Position numbers and translations under genes: made by a program. 64,000 bases of DNA. It comes from an uncultured Clostridia bacterium. Its GTDB lineage: Bacteria > Bacillota > Clostridia > Christensenellales > UBA1242. Every line of letters starts with the position of its first letter. Within the stretch, counting starts at the first letter, position 1. Below, in pieces: positions 22,536-34,800 of the stretch. The DNA is taken from NCBI GenBank assembly GCA_944377415.1, contig CALWEW010000001.1, positions 35,604 through 99,603 on the forward strand, written 5' to 3'. The notes below the pieces were generated by a model, which was not told the origin of the DNA, made no database searches, and was given only the letters and a program-made list of their open reading frames with translations.

Positions 22536-23204
22536 TTACTTGTCCATAGTGTTTTCGAAAAAGTCCTTTATGTTCTCATCAGCTTCATCACGGTGAGATT
22601 GCAGACCAGGGTAAAGGTCGCGATACTTTGATGCAAGGCGTACAAGTTGTTTCATTTCTTTACGCTGGTTTGCTTTATAATGCTCGGCTTTTTTCGGTTG
22701 CATTTCGGCAGTGTCAACAGCCTCAAACGCGATTTCAGTTTTCAATTTATCAGTATATTCTTTGCCAAATTTTGCCATATTATAAGCACGCCACTTTGTG
22801 TTCATCTCGTTGTCTGTTCCTACTTCATGAACAAACGGAACAGTCGGGTTTGTGATTTCATAAGTGTTACTAATACCATAGTCATTAATTTGCCATGTGT
22901 GGCAAAGACCGTCCTTGTGTCTAAATGTAAAATTCAAAGCATCAGGAATACGAACTAACTGGTTGTTTACATTATATTGTTCTTGTGAAACCATGTTGTA
23001 TTCTGGATATACGGCCTCTATCCCATTGTAGTCGTAACCGCATTCGTTAAAGAATTCCAAAAGTTCTGCAAAATGTGTCTGTGTAAAAACTAACTCGATA
23101 CTGTCTGGTAATCTGCCTGTCTTTTTGCTACGCAAGTTCGATTTTTCGCTAAATTTCTGCCCATCGCGGAAAAGGTACTCAATACTACTAATTTTTCTAG
23201 CCAT
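22536..23204 (-). CDS. Hypothetical cytoplasmic protein (about 222 aa)
   Basis: Long ORF. The likely start is MARKISS at 23204 after GAGAGG, not the track start at 23249. No motif recognised. Confidence 0.75.
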   Translation of the reverse strand: MARKISSIEYLFRDGQKFSEKSNLRSKKTGRLPDSIELVFTQTHFAELLEFFNECGYDYNGIEAVYPEYNMVSQEQYNVNNQLVRIPDALNFTFRHKDGLCHTWQINDYGISNTYEITNPTVPFVHEVGTDNEMNTKWRAYNMAKFGKEYTDKLKTEIAFEAVDTAEMQPKKAEHYKANQRKEMKQLVRLASKYRDLYPGLQSHRDEADENIKDFFENTMDK

Positions 23205-23408
23205 TTTAACTTCCTCTCTTTTATTTGATTTAACTAAATTATACCACAAAAAAACTAATTATTCAATACCAAAATTTAAATTAATACCGAATATTTGCCT
23301 ACAAAAGACCACAATCAATAGACAATTTTTGTAAATTTTGCTATAATACACAAGAGATTTTGCACTTGTAAAACTCACTTTAAATTATAAAAACTTTTTG
23401 GAGGAATT

Positions 23409-24080
23409 ATGGAAGAAAACTATAAAATGCCTTTAATCGGCGATGATGCACCGGCTTTTAGCGCGGTTACAACACAAGGAAATATCAACTTCCCAGAAGA
23501 CTTTAAAGGCAAATGGGTAATTCTATTTTCGCACCCTGCCGACTTTACTCCCGTTTGCACAACAGAATTTATGACATTTGGTTCAATGATGAAAGAATTT
23601 GAAGAACTTAATGTTCAACTTTTGGGGCTTTCAGTTGATTCGCTTTATTCACACATCGCATGGCTCCGCAAAATTCAAGAAATTGAATGGAAAGGAATGA
23701 AAAATATCGAAGTAACTTTTCCATTAATTGAGGACATTCGTATGGAAGTTGCAAAGAAGTACGGCATGATACAGCCAAATGCTTCAAATACACAAGCCGT
23801 GCGCGCAGTTTTCATTATCGACCCCGAAGCAAAAATTCGCACAATTCTTTACTACCCACTCTCAACTGGACGCAATTTTGACGAAATAAAAAGAATTGTA
23901 ATAGCACTACAAAAAGCAGATAAAGACAATGTTGCAACTCCTGCTGACTGGCGCCCTGGTGAAGATGTAATCGTGCCGACCGCTGGTTCATGTGGCACTG
24001 CAAAAGAACGCATGGAAAATCAAACTGACGAACAATACTGCCTTGACTGGTTCTTGTGTTTCCGCCGCGAGAAAAAATAA
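23409..24080 (+). CDS. Peroxiredoxin, Prx6 subfamily
   Basis: HPADFTPVCTTE (Prx6 signature), RAVFIIDP, YPLSTGRNFDE, ATPADWRPG; GGAGG RBS. Confidence 0.95.
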   Translation: MEENYKMPLIGDDAPAFSAVTTQGNINFPEDFKGKWVILFSHPADFTPVCTTEFMTFGSMMKEFEELNVQLLGLSVDSLYSHIAWLRKIQEIEWKGMKNIEVTFPLIEDIRMEVAKKYGMIQPNASNTQAVRAVFIIDPEAKIRTILYYPLSTGRNFDEIKRIVIALQKADKDNVATPADWRPGEDVIVPTAGSCGTAKERMENQTDEQYCLDWFLCFRREKK

Positions 24081-24102
24081 AGAAAAATATTAAAAAATTA
24101 GC

Positions 24103-24131
24103 AAAAATGACCTAAAAATTAGGTCATTTTT
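24103..24131. terminator. Bidirectional terminator between convergent genes
   Basis: AAAAATGACCTAA-aaa-TTAGGTCATTTTT. Confidence 0.8.
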
Positions 24132-24155
24132 TGCATAGTACCGTAAGCATAGTAC
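24132..24155 (+). repeat. Two tandem GCATAGTAC motifs abutting the terminator
   Basis: TGCATAGTACCGTAAGCATAGTACCAT. Confidence 0.85.
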
Positions 24156-24179
24156 CATAAAATTTGTAAATTCTGCAAA

Positions 24180-25229
24180 TTAAATATTATTAAATTTAAC
24201 TTGCTCCTTGATGTCTTTGCCTAAAATTTCAGCACGCTTTTTATTAATTTCAGCGCGAGCATTTTCCAAATTTTCTATTTTTACATTATATTTTTTCAAC
24301 TCATTATAAAGCCCGACATCAAGTTCAAAATACAAATTTCTCTTTAAAAATTTTTCATTTTTAATTAATTCCTTCAACTCCCCCGAAACGCTTATTTCTC
24401 CATACGGCGCAGACGAATTTTTATACTTCTTTTTAAAGTAATCGGCAAAATGTTCTGCCATGTCCTGTTTTTCTTCTTCGTTTAATTCAGCGTAATGTTT
24501 TACAAGGTCGTTTGAATTTTGTCGGTATAAAAACTCGGCAACTTCGGCATTAATTTTTTCAACTAAATTCTTTTTCATTTGAGAGTGAAGATAAAGGGTA
24601 ACCACTTCCCCTTTTTTGCGAAATACAGGGGTTGCAATTAAATTCAAATCTTCATAATTAATCGTTACATCTGGCAAATCATTTAACTCATCGCGAGTAT
24701 CATTTTCAATTACATTCCCAGAATAAATTTCATTAAGCGATGCCGTGCGCAAGCCTCTTTCTGTAACCTTGAAAGCAATTGAGTTCGAAAAATCGTAAAA
24801 AATTTTGGTATAATTAAAATCTTTTAATTTTTCATAATCATACATGCTAAAAGTTATCGTATTTTCTAGCTTGCGAATTTTTTTAAATTTAGGATAAAAA
24901 TACACAAAAAAATATACAAGATACAACGCACATAACGAAAAAATAGCCGCAATAAATAGCAAAGAATTGTGCAAAATTATTTGAATTATTACAAGTACGA
25001 GCCCAACGCCCAAAAATAGTGCTAAATCAATCCAAAAACGGCGCATTAAAATATTAGTTTCGGGCAAAATCGACCTTGTAAACTGCTTTTCTTTTAAAAA
25101 AGAAATGTAATCTATTTTGCGATTTTTTAAAACAATTTCATCTTTTAGAAATTCGCTTTTAGCTTCATTTTCTTTTATTTTTTCTTTGCTTTTTTGTTTA
25201 TTCTTTTCTATTTTTTTGTGATTTTTCAT
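24180..25229 (-). CDS. Hypothetical membrane protein (2 TM), 349 aa
   Basis: Lys-rich N-terminus, then FWIDLALFLGVGLVLVIIQIIL and LLFIAAIFSLCALYLVYFFVYF hydrophobic segments. Confidence 0.75.
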   Translation of the reverse strand: MKNHKKIEKNKQKSKEKIKENEAKSEFLKDEIVLKNRKIDYISFLKEKQFTRSILPETNILMRRFWIDLALFLGVGLVLVIIQIILHNSLLFIAAIFSLCALYLVYFFVYFYPKFKKIRKLENTITFSMYDYEKLKDFNYTKIFYDFSNSIAFKVTERGLRTASLNEIYSGNVIENDTRDELNDLPDVTINYEDLNLIATPVFRKKGEVVTLYLHSQMKKNLVEKINAEVAEFLYRQNSNDLVKHYAELNEEEKQDMAEHFADYFKKKYKNSSAPYGEISVSGELKELIKNEKFLKRNLYFELDVGLYNELKKYNVKIENLENARAEINKKRAEILGKDIKEQVKFNNI

Positions 25230-25566
25230 ATTTCACTCTCTTTCGTTTTTGCGTGATTTGATTCTATTATTCTTGCAAATAAAAATCAAATCTCAAATCC
25301 ATTTAAAATTGCATATGTATTCTTTTTATTTGCAAAAAACTATTTTTAATTTTAACTTCAATTAAAATAAGTTTTAACTTTGTACCATTTAATTATATAA
25401 TACTATTTAATTATATCATATGAAAATGTTGTATTTCAATACAGTGGTTCAAAAATTATTAAGATTTTAAATTAATAAATCTCATAAAAAGTTTTATTGC
25501 GCTCAATCAACACAGTACTACGCGTATTGAAATGCTAGAAATTGTTAAAAATAAACCAAATATTAA

Positions 25567-25576
25567 GTATTATGCA
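25567..25576 (-). repeat. Single TGCATAATAC motif copy
   Basis: GTATTATGCA on the plus strand. Confidence 0.6.
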
Positions 25577-25671
25577 TATTTATCACAGCGCCATCTTTAA
25601 ATCGTACCTTTTATTTAAATCAACTTAATATCATATTACGCAAATAAATGAACTATAAAATATATTATATA

Positions 25672-25708
25672 AAAAAACAAAGAGCGGTGGTTTTGCTCTT
25701 TGTTTTTT
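25672..25708 (-). terminator. Intrinsic terminator downstream of the 4817-aa gene
   Basis: AAAAAACAAAGAGC-ggtggtttt-GCTCTTTGTTTTTT. Confidence 0.75.
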
Positions 25709-25854
25709 ATGAAGTTACATAATACCCAACTAGGTTGCTTTTGCGTGCCTTGTTTAACAAATCATAGAAAGAGATACTTTTACTTCTTCATTTGATAACT
25801 GCAATACAATTAGAATTTAAAATCTAGCCAAAGTTATCAAAAAGTTTTTTCCGC

Positions 25855-28800
25855 TTACGGTGTCGGTTCTGGCTCGGGTTCAGGTTCTGGCTCTGGCTCG
25901 GGTTCAGGTTCAGGTTCGACTGTTGGAGTTGTAACATTTTCGATTGTACCACTACCTGCCACCGCCACAACATCGCTAGCAACGCCATTTATAGTACCCG
26001 TAATCGTAATATTAGAAATCGTTCCATTATTCGTATTTGCAATAAAGCCGATTGAAGTACCTGTAAGCGTAGCATTCAATGTTCCGCCCGTAATGCTTCC
26101 GTCATTTATATACACTATTCCGCCCGAATTATCGCCTGCACCCGTTATGTTAAGCGTGCCTATATTAATAATTCCCGAAGCCGAATTTGTATGCGCAATC
26201 AATCCTGAATTATTTAGGTTTGCCGAATTTGTGTATGTTCCGTTTACTGTAAGAGTTCCATTATTTGTTACAACCAAAGCACCATTTATAGCGGCATTAA
26301 GGTTTGTAATATTAAGCGACAGTGTGCCACTGTTGGTGCCAACGAGTGAACTAAATGCATCTGCCGTCATTCCCGAAATCGTAACATTTACGGTCGATGC
26401 CCCAGCGATAGTATTTGTAATGCCAACAGGTGTTACGCCATCAGGAGTAATTACAGTAACATTTGTAATGTTTACATTAATAGTCTTTGCTTGCTCAAAT
26501 GCACCGATTACAAGAGCCGAATTGCTTGATACCGAAATAACCGCATTATTAATTGTAAGCGTTGTTCCGTCATCAAACTTTTGCGAAGTCGAACCGAATA
26601 CGCTTGTGCTACCGAGAACCATGCCGACATTTTCGACACCGCTAACATTATTGTTTGAAAGCGAAGTCGTAAAGTCGCCACTTCCCGTGCGTATAATAAG
26701 TCCGTTTGTTATAGTGTCGCAATCAAGAACAATGTTATTCAATGTTTCTAATGCTTTGTGTTCGAGGTCAAGAATATCGCCATTTACGGTTACATTATAT
26801 GTTCCGCCAGCCATTCTAGAGTATTCTATCACGCGTGAAAGTTGGTCAACTGTATCAATTAAGTACACTCCTCCAACATTCGATACCGATACGCCAAATG
26901 GTGTATTCGTGCCTACAACTTCGACAAATTCGCGAAGTTCATAAGCGTTTGTTCCGTCTACCGTTCTGCCTGTAAATGCCCAAATATCACTATCAAGAAC
27001 ACTTAAATCAGTCGGGTAATTAGTATAACAATTTACTGCATTCGCACCGAATGTCGCGCCGTTTGAAAGGGCGTTTTCTATATTTCCACTGTTTACAACT
27101 GCACCAGTTGTCGCATCAGTCATCACGAGTGTTGCGCTTCCTGAAATCGTGTCAGCAAGAATTACACTCGCAGTCGCTCCATTTAGTTTTAGGCTCGAAA
27201 TATCACCTGAAACATCAGTAAACAGAGTTGTAGAAATATTGTCGATTGAGAATGTATTTCCGTCAAGGTTTCCTGCAAACGCACGCGCGGTGTAGCCACT
27301 AGAAATTAGCGAGAAGTCAATGTCATTATTAAGAATATAGTACGAGTTGCCATTTTCAAGAGCCCACAGAAGTTGTCCAGCCGAGTTAATCACATAAGGC
27401 GAAGAAGCCGTACCATTTCCAGTGCTACTTAATGCCGAAACATCATCAAGCCAACTCAAATACGGCAAACCGTAGTTATAAGCGTTGTCCGTTGTGAATG
27501 CACTACCAAGCGCGAGTTTTTGGCTTGTGTCTGCCCCGCGTTGTGCAGATATACTAAATGCTGTAAAGTATTCATTATTTGAAAGAGTCATCGATGTATC
27601 ATAGTAAACGCCGTTTGCATTTGTCGCTCCACCGTTGCGGTTAGCGACTACGGAATTTACAACCGCAGAGCCTGTATAATCGCGAAGAACAACTGCGGTA
27701 TAACAGTTTTCATTGTAGAAGCCGAGCGAGTTTCCGCTTTCGTCTGCAACTCTGCCGACAAAGCCCGAAATATAGACATTTTGCGCAGAGTTATAGTTTA
27801 AAATACTGCCAACTGCGTAACTATCAATAAGAGTTAATCGCGTGTCTACATTATTACTCCAACCTACAAGCGCACCAGCATTTACCGCTCCGCCCGTGCC
27901 GAGCGAGTTTCCATCAAGGTCAACAGCACCGTAAATTCTCATATCCGCATTTACGGCACTACCGATAATTTGTCCCGAGTTAATGCCCGCAATTCCACCG
28001 ATATTTACTGAACCACTTTCGACACCCAAATCAATTTTACCTGTAACATAAACGCCAAATACTTTTGCGTTGCTTGTGAGATTTCCAACCGCAGCACCAA
28101 ATGTCGAGCCATCACCAATTTTTGTGGAAACATTGACATTAATCACTGCTCCCGAAAGAATTGAGCCACGGGTTTCACCGCTAACTTCGACATCACCGAG
28201 TGTTGCGAACAGTCCGTAATTTGTATTAGTCGCAGGAGTAAATCCGTCATATTCAAGAGTTTGATAAACGGCGTTTATCGTATTTCCACCTGCATTATAC
28301 CAGCCGTATAGCGTACGGTTAAGGTCAAGGTCTACTGGAGTTGTGAGCGAAGTCGTCTGCAAGTAGTAAAGGTAATTTTCCCCACTTGTGTCGATTAAAC
28401 TGTAAAAGTCAGAGTAAGATGAAATCGTAATAGGGGCGCGCTTTGTGTCGCCTGTAACAACTTTTTGTGAGTAAAGTGCCGCATACCTAGTCGGCGCAGC
28501 CGAGAATGACGACCATTCGGCAGTATCAAGACGAGCATAAGCATAAGTGCTACCAGTCGGGCGAACAAGTCCGTCATAAGTACGCGAAATAATGTTTACA
28601 CTCGTTGTGCCGACATTATTTGAATCGCGTGCCGTAAGCCCGAGATAAGTATCGCAGTAAACTGAAGTGTAGCCAAGAGTACCAGAGTAGACAGACAAAT
28701 CAATATTTGTAAATCGAGTATTGTTAAATATTGAAGCAATCGAATAACCCGTCTGCATTGTTCCGCCCGAAATCGTGCCAGCAATACCACCGAGCGCATG

Positions 28801-31800
28801 TGCGCCTGTGGCAACATCTATATTATAAGTACCATTTAATGTAATGTCGCCACTATTTACTATGCCAACAACTGTTCCGCCAGACATAGTACCGATAAAG
28901 CCACCAGCCGAGAATGAATTTGCCGAAATATTGAGTAAATCAAAGGTCAAATTACTTGCGCTGTCAACTTGTGTTAAGTCTATCTCGTTGCCGAGCCCGA
29001 TAAATCCGCCCGCAACAGTGTTTTGCTGTACATTATTTAGTGTAATTTCAAAGTTGCTTGCCGCGCTGTTTACGACAACCGAAGTCGCACTACCGATGAA
29101 CCCACCCACATAGTGCGAGATTGTCGAAAGGTTTGCAAGGTTGTATTCCACATTCATGTTACCTTCGACAAACACTCGCGAAATGCTCGTGTTTTCGCCT
29201 GTTGCCTGCCCAGCAAAACCGCCGACATTTGCTGTCGTTTCACGCGCAGAGTAGACATTGTCAGTTGCATTTATATCAATAGAAATATATGCATCAGTTA
29301 CCGAAGTTACTCCGTTTGCATCAGAGTAAACGCGACCAAACATTCCGCCAACATTATTTGAATTTGTTGTAATTCCATGATACGAGCCTTCAAGAGAAGC
29401 ATCACTTGTAATGTTTACGCGGTCAACTGTCGTGTTGCGTGCCACACCTATTAACCCACCGACATAAGTGGTAAGGTCTTCGCTTAAATTAGTTGAGATA
29501 TAAAGGTTTACAATATTTACATTTCGAATAGTTGCCCCGTCAGTTGCACCGAATAGCCCTACATTCATAGCCCCCGAACGAACAATTGGCACATTATATA
29601 ATGTGTGTCCATTACCGTTGAACGAGCCTGTGAAAGGCGCACTTGTCGAGCCTACTGGCGCAAGCGCAGTCGACTCCGCCAAAAAGTCAAGGTCAGTATT
29701 TAAAATGTATTCTTTGTCGGGGTGCCAGTACATAATTTTGTAATCAGCCACCGAATTTATATAAATCGTGTCAGGCACATCTTGAATGTCAATATCAGGC
29801 ATTCCGCCACTAGTATCAATGCTATAACCGTCCCATTGTCCAAAGATTACATCAAGGTTATTAATCATATAACCGCGAGTTTCACCTTCGGCAATGTTGA
29901 TATTTGCTTCCGAATTACCAACAGCACGCAGATTTATTACATTCTCGCCCGTCTGTTCGTCAATTACAGAATTGAGTACAACACGATTGTAAATTTGATT
30001 TACATAGAAGTTAATTGAATTTAGAAGTTGTGAGTATGGCTCGTCAGGGTCGCCCGCCCCCGTTGTATGAGTCGTGTAAATTAGGCTCGGGTCAACACAA
30101 TAACCAACCAACCCACCTTGCGCACCAGCGCGAACTTGAGTTTCGGCTTGGCTAATTTCGTAGTAGTAGTTATAGTCGCTAGCAAGATAGTTATTGAGTG
30201 CGACCACATAATCAAGTGTAGTCATAGCAGATACATTTGTGCCGAACGGGTTCGAAATTTCGGTTAAATTACCGCCTGCCGAGAAGTCGTCGATATAACC
30301 AACAATTCCACCTAGGTTTGCAGTTCTGTTGCCGTAAATACTACCTGTCGAGAATACTGCTCGAATGTCGCCACCGTACGCAATTCCTACAATACCGCCG
30401 ACATTCGCACCATTTGAATTACGCACGCGAACTTTACTTGACGAATAGTAAATCGCACCGCTAGCCCAGCCATCGCTGGTGTAACCTATGTTAATACCCG
30501 CAATTCCACCCGTACCTAGCGTGCTTTGTCCGTTATCAAATAGAACATTATTAACGGTTATGCTTTCGCCGTCAAGGTTAAGTGTCGTATCTTCACCAGT
30601 ATTTGCAGCATCAACAGCCTCTTGTACATCATCGGTGTAAACAACATTACTATATCTTATTACACCGTTGTTCTGCCCAACAAGTCCGCCCGCAAAGGTT
30701 ATACCGCGAATTGTTGTTTCGGTGTCGACTACCTTTTCGGCATAATTTAGAACGGTATGCACGCCTAATACGCCGACAACACCACCTGCAATTTTACCAA
30801 CAATGCTTGCCTGCCCAGTGCTGTAAATATAGTTTAGAGCCGCTTCGTTTGCATTTGTAGTCGTGTTGACCGTGTCAAATTGAGTAAGGTCAGCAATACC
30901 AAACACACCACCAGCAAAGCCGAGCACGCCGATATTATTTGCGGCAGCGCTACTTCCCGAGGCAGCAAGCAAGTCTGCGTTATATAGTAAGTTCGTGTCT
31001 GCGCGGTAGTTTGAAGTAACACCGACTTCGCTTGTAATATTGCTAGCGCGCGAAGTCCCAGAAATCAAGCCCACCGCACCGCCGACAGCATTATTACCGA
31101 TTACGCGCGAGTTCTGCCCAGTAATGTTAATATTATAGATATTACCATTTTCGACTACACCAGCAAGCGCGCCGACATAAGCAACTTGCGAACATGAAAC
31201 CGCAGTAACCGAGATGTTTAAATTTTTGATAGTTCCTGTGTGAACAGTTCCATCACTTGTTGTTTCACTAGTAACCGTGCCGAGTAGTCCATATCTCGAA
31301 ACGCTCGCATCGTTCACCGCAAGATTGAGATTTTCAAATGTAAAGCCGTTACCTTCGAACACACCCGCGTATGTTGCAAGAGGACTGTTTAGCGTAGCAG
31401 TCGAGGAAATGTCGCTCTGGTCAATATTGCGAGCAAGACGAATATCATCAGTAATTACATACGAAGTATTCGCAAAAGCCGAATTAAACTGTGCCGCTGT
31501 CGTAATTGCAACAGGGTTAAAGGAATAGTCCGTGCCATAAATCGTGTTTGTCGTCTTTACAAAGTACGGAACAAACTGCTCGGTGTAAACATACCTTACA
31601 ACCCCAGTGTCCTCGTCAACAGTTGTGTTCTCTTCGTCAAGGTTCATTCTCGGTGTTGCAATCAAACTTGCAGACACGAGTTTAGGGCCTAGATTCATTT
31701 GGTTACGCGAATTTAGATTTGTTGTGAAGCGGTCAGGCGTAAAGTAAAGGTTATCTGGAGTTGTAAATGTCCACACGCCCGTAAATTCACTACCATCACT

Positions 31801-34800
31801 ACCCTCTCGCGAGAAGGTGTACCCTTCAAACATTGAGTAACCCGAGTTGCCTAAAAATTGTTCAAGAGTTAATTCAGTCGCATCTTCAAGGCGAAGTGCA
31901 TTAGTACTAAATCCAGTATTTAAGAAATAACAGTTCACAATTCCATCAGGGTTTGCGTTATTGTTTTCAGTAGAAGAAGTGCTTTCAACACCGATAAACG
32001 GCATAGAAAGGCTAGTTACTCCCGACTCGCCTGTGTCTGATAGAACGGATACAGAGTAACAACGCTCAATTTCTCCGTTCTCCGAATTTGAGTACACAAA
32101 ACCACTTGCTTCAATTGCCCAAATTCGCATTGCCGAATAAGAATCAGAAATCGAACCGTAGTTTGCGTATACAAAGCCTGCTGTTCTCACACCCGAAAGT
32201 ATGAGCGCATCGCGAGTATTTGCTAAACTTGAAACTTGCGTATTTTGTCCGCTTTTAGCATTGTATTCAGTGTATGCACCACCAGTAAACGAGCCGAAAA
32301 TCGTAGCGCCGTATGCATTTTCAACGACAAGTCCAGCAGTTGCAACATTGTTTGCTGTCGAAGTTGCAACATTCGTAATCGTGCCACCTGTGTAGTAACT
32401 TGATGCTATTACACCCGAGTTTGACGACACAAGTCCAGCAAGTCTGCCGAAGCCCGTCAAGTTTACATATTCGACACGACTATTTGAAATTGCACCGCTC
32501 TCACTGTTTGTACCTACAAGACCCGCAATATAGAACGATGCTGTCGTATCTGTTGGCGTAGGAACTGTTATTCCACGAACGGCATTATTAGTCCAACCAT
32601 TTACGACACAGTTGTAAACTGTACCATTATTTACACCAGCGATTGCACCAAAGTTAAGTGAAGTCGTGCTTGACACCGTTTCAGGAAGTGTTAGACCGTC
32701 AGTATTAAGTGAAACGGTTAAGTTTTTGATTACCATATTTTCGCTAATCGTGTCAAAAAGTCCATAATTCGAAGATGACGAATAAAGCGTGCGCGGTAGA
32801 TAAATTGTATATCCGTTACCATTTAGACTTGCAATTTCAGTCGTGAGCGCTGTCCAGTTGCTTGTAATCGAAATATCGTTCATAAGGATATAGTCGATAC
32901 CCGATTCCATATTGAGTAAATCGCGCTCGGTGTAGACAGGTTGCGCATGCTCTTGCGAAGTCATTTGATAAAATTCAATAGTAAGTTCCGCAGTCGAAAA
33001 ACCACGAGCATTATTATCAATTTCGTTACGAGTAATTAACTTAAATTCGCCGTTTTCATAAGTATAATACAAGTCGTATCTTATTCGCGATGATGACGAA
33101 ACGCCATTACCTTCTATACGGTATCCCGTGTACCCATCGCCTCCAACATCACAGTAGAATCGATAGTTTGAGTCGAGCCACTCGCCTTCGCTTCCTGTCG
33201 TAATAGGCGCAAGTTGCGACCAGCCATAACTGCCGTTGCTGTCAGGCAAATAACCGTACCAACCTAAATAACGCTGACTGCCGATACCGTTTAGAGTATT
33301 AATCACTTCTAAAATGTGTTCACGAAGAGTGCTATTTGTCGGGTCAAAAGTAATAGCCGAAATAGTGTCGAGATTTTCGAGTGTCGCACCGTCAAAAATT
33401 CTCAAATCATACAATGAATCGCGAATGTACGGATAGCGAAGATTTGTCGATTGTGATGCACCGTTTACAAGCCCGTCTTGAATACTGCTGATATAGAAGT
33501 CAACAACCAAAAAGTCAAGTGTGCGAGTAACAGTATTAATTAGCCCCGACATATTCTGTCGCCCCGACAGAGTAACAGTTATTTCCGTACCTACGGGGGC
33601 GGTGCCTGTGTATAGGTAATATCTTCCGTTTTCGCTGACTATTGCGACATTATAACTATTTGTTACATCGGTTCCGCTACTGTCACGAGCAACTACCGAA
33701 AGAGAGTAATCCATGTATGACGAGCCGACAACGACATTCAATTCATTTGCATTTTGCTCTAATGTAGTCGTTCCTATTCTGTAACCCGTACCCGCGGCAA
33801 CATATGCAGTGTTAGTATTTGAATTGTAATTATCATACGAAAGCGAAAGTGTATCTTGCGTGTAAACCGTCATCGTAAGGCTTTCGGTATAAGTAGTGTC
33901 GCCTTGATAAATTGTAACCGTAACGGTAAATTGCGCGCCTACTGGTTGCGCTGACGACACAAGCGTGCGCACATAATAATTTCCGTCAAAAGTACCGTCA
34001 TAATTTGATACGCGGTAAAGGCTGATACCGCCCTCAATAATTTCGACACCTGTCTGCCAACTGTAATATGTCGCGATATCGTTTTCGTAGCGCAAAATTC
34101 TCTGGTCAAACATTACGCGCTCATTATTTGTAACCGCACTTGTAATCTCAATGCGGTCGTAATATGCGTAATCTGGCGAAACACGAATTTGTAGCAAACC
34201 ATACTGTCCTGCAATCATCGTGTTAGTTGGTAGCCCACCTGCTTGTTCAAGTTTCGAACCATTATTTACCGCATCACTGTAATGCGACATATCAATATGA
34301 TTTATACGCTGAGGCAAGAAAGTAAATTCAAGAGTTACAGTCATCGAATACACAAAGTCGCCATTTGTATCAGTGTACCCTATCGGGTCGCCATTCTCAT
34401 CAAGTGCCCAGAATGTTATTGTGTAAGTAGTCGCAGTTTTTAATTCGTTGCGCGCAAGATTTGTCAAACTTACGCTAAACGGAATAGTTAATCTATTTTC
34501 GCTTGCTGTATATTCGAGTGTTCCAAACGACACGCGAATATCGTTACTTTCGATGTCGTCTTCCGTGTTAATAGCATCGCTATCAGCACCGTTTAGGCGT
34601 AGAGAGTAGCCGATGTGGTCAAGCACATTGTCGCCTTCTTCAAAGTTATCAGTAATCAAGGTTACCGAACTTGTAAGGCTATCTCCCGCATAAACGCTTG
34701 TGTCATTTGCAATGCCTAGTCCTATTGACGAAGCCCCTTTATAAACAACGGTGTTATATACGAGCGCGCATTCAGTATTATCAATATCAATGCGGTATAC

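Noticed and set aside
25720-25854. Protein-like fragments downstream of the (EP)9 tail (possible lost C-terminal domain)
   Set aside because: It would need several frameshifts to join and has no recognisable motif, so it cannot be supported without alignments.
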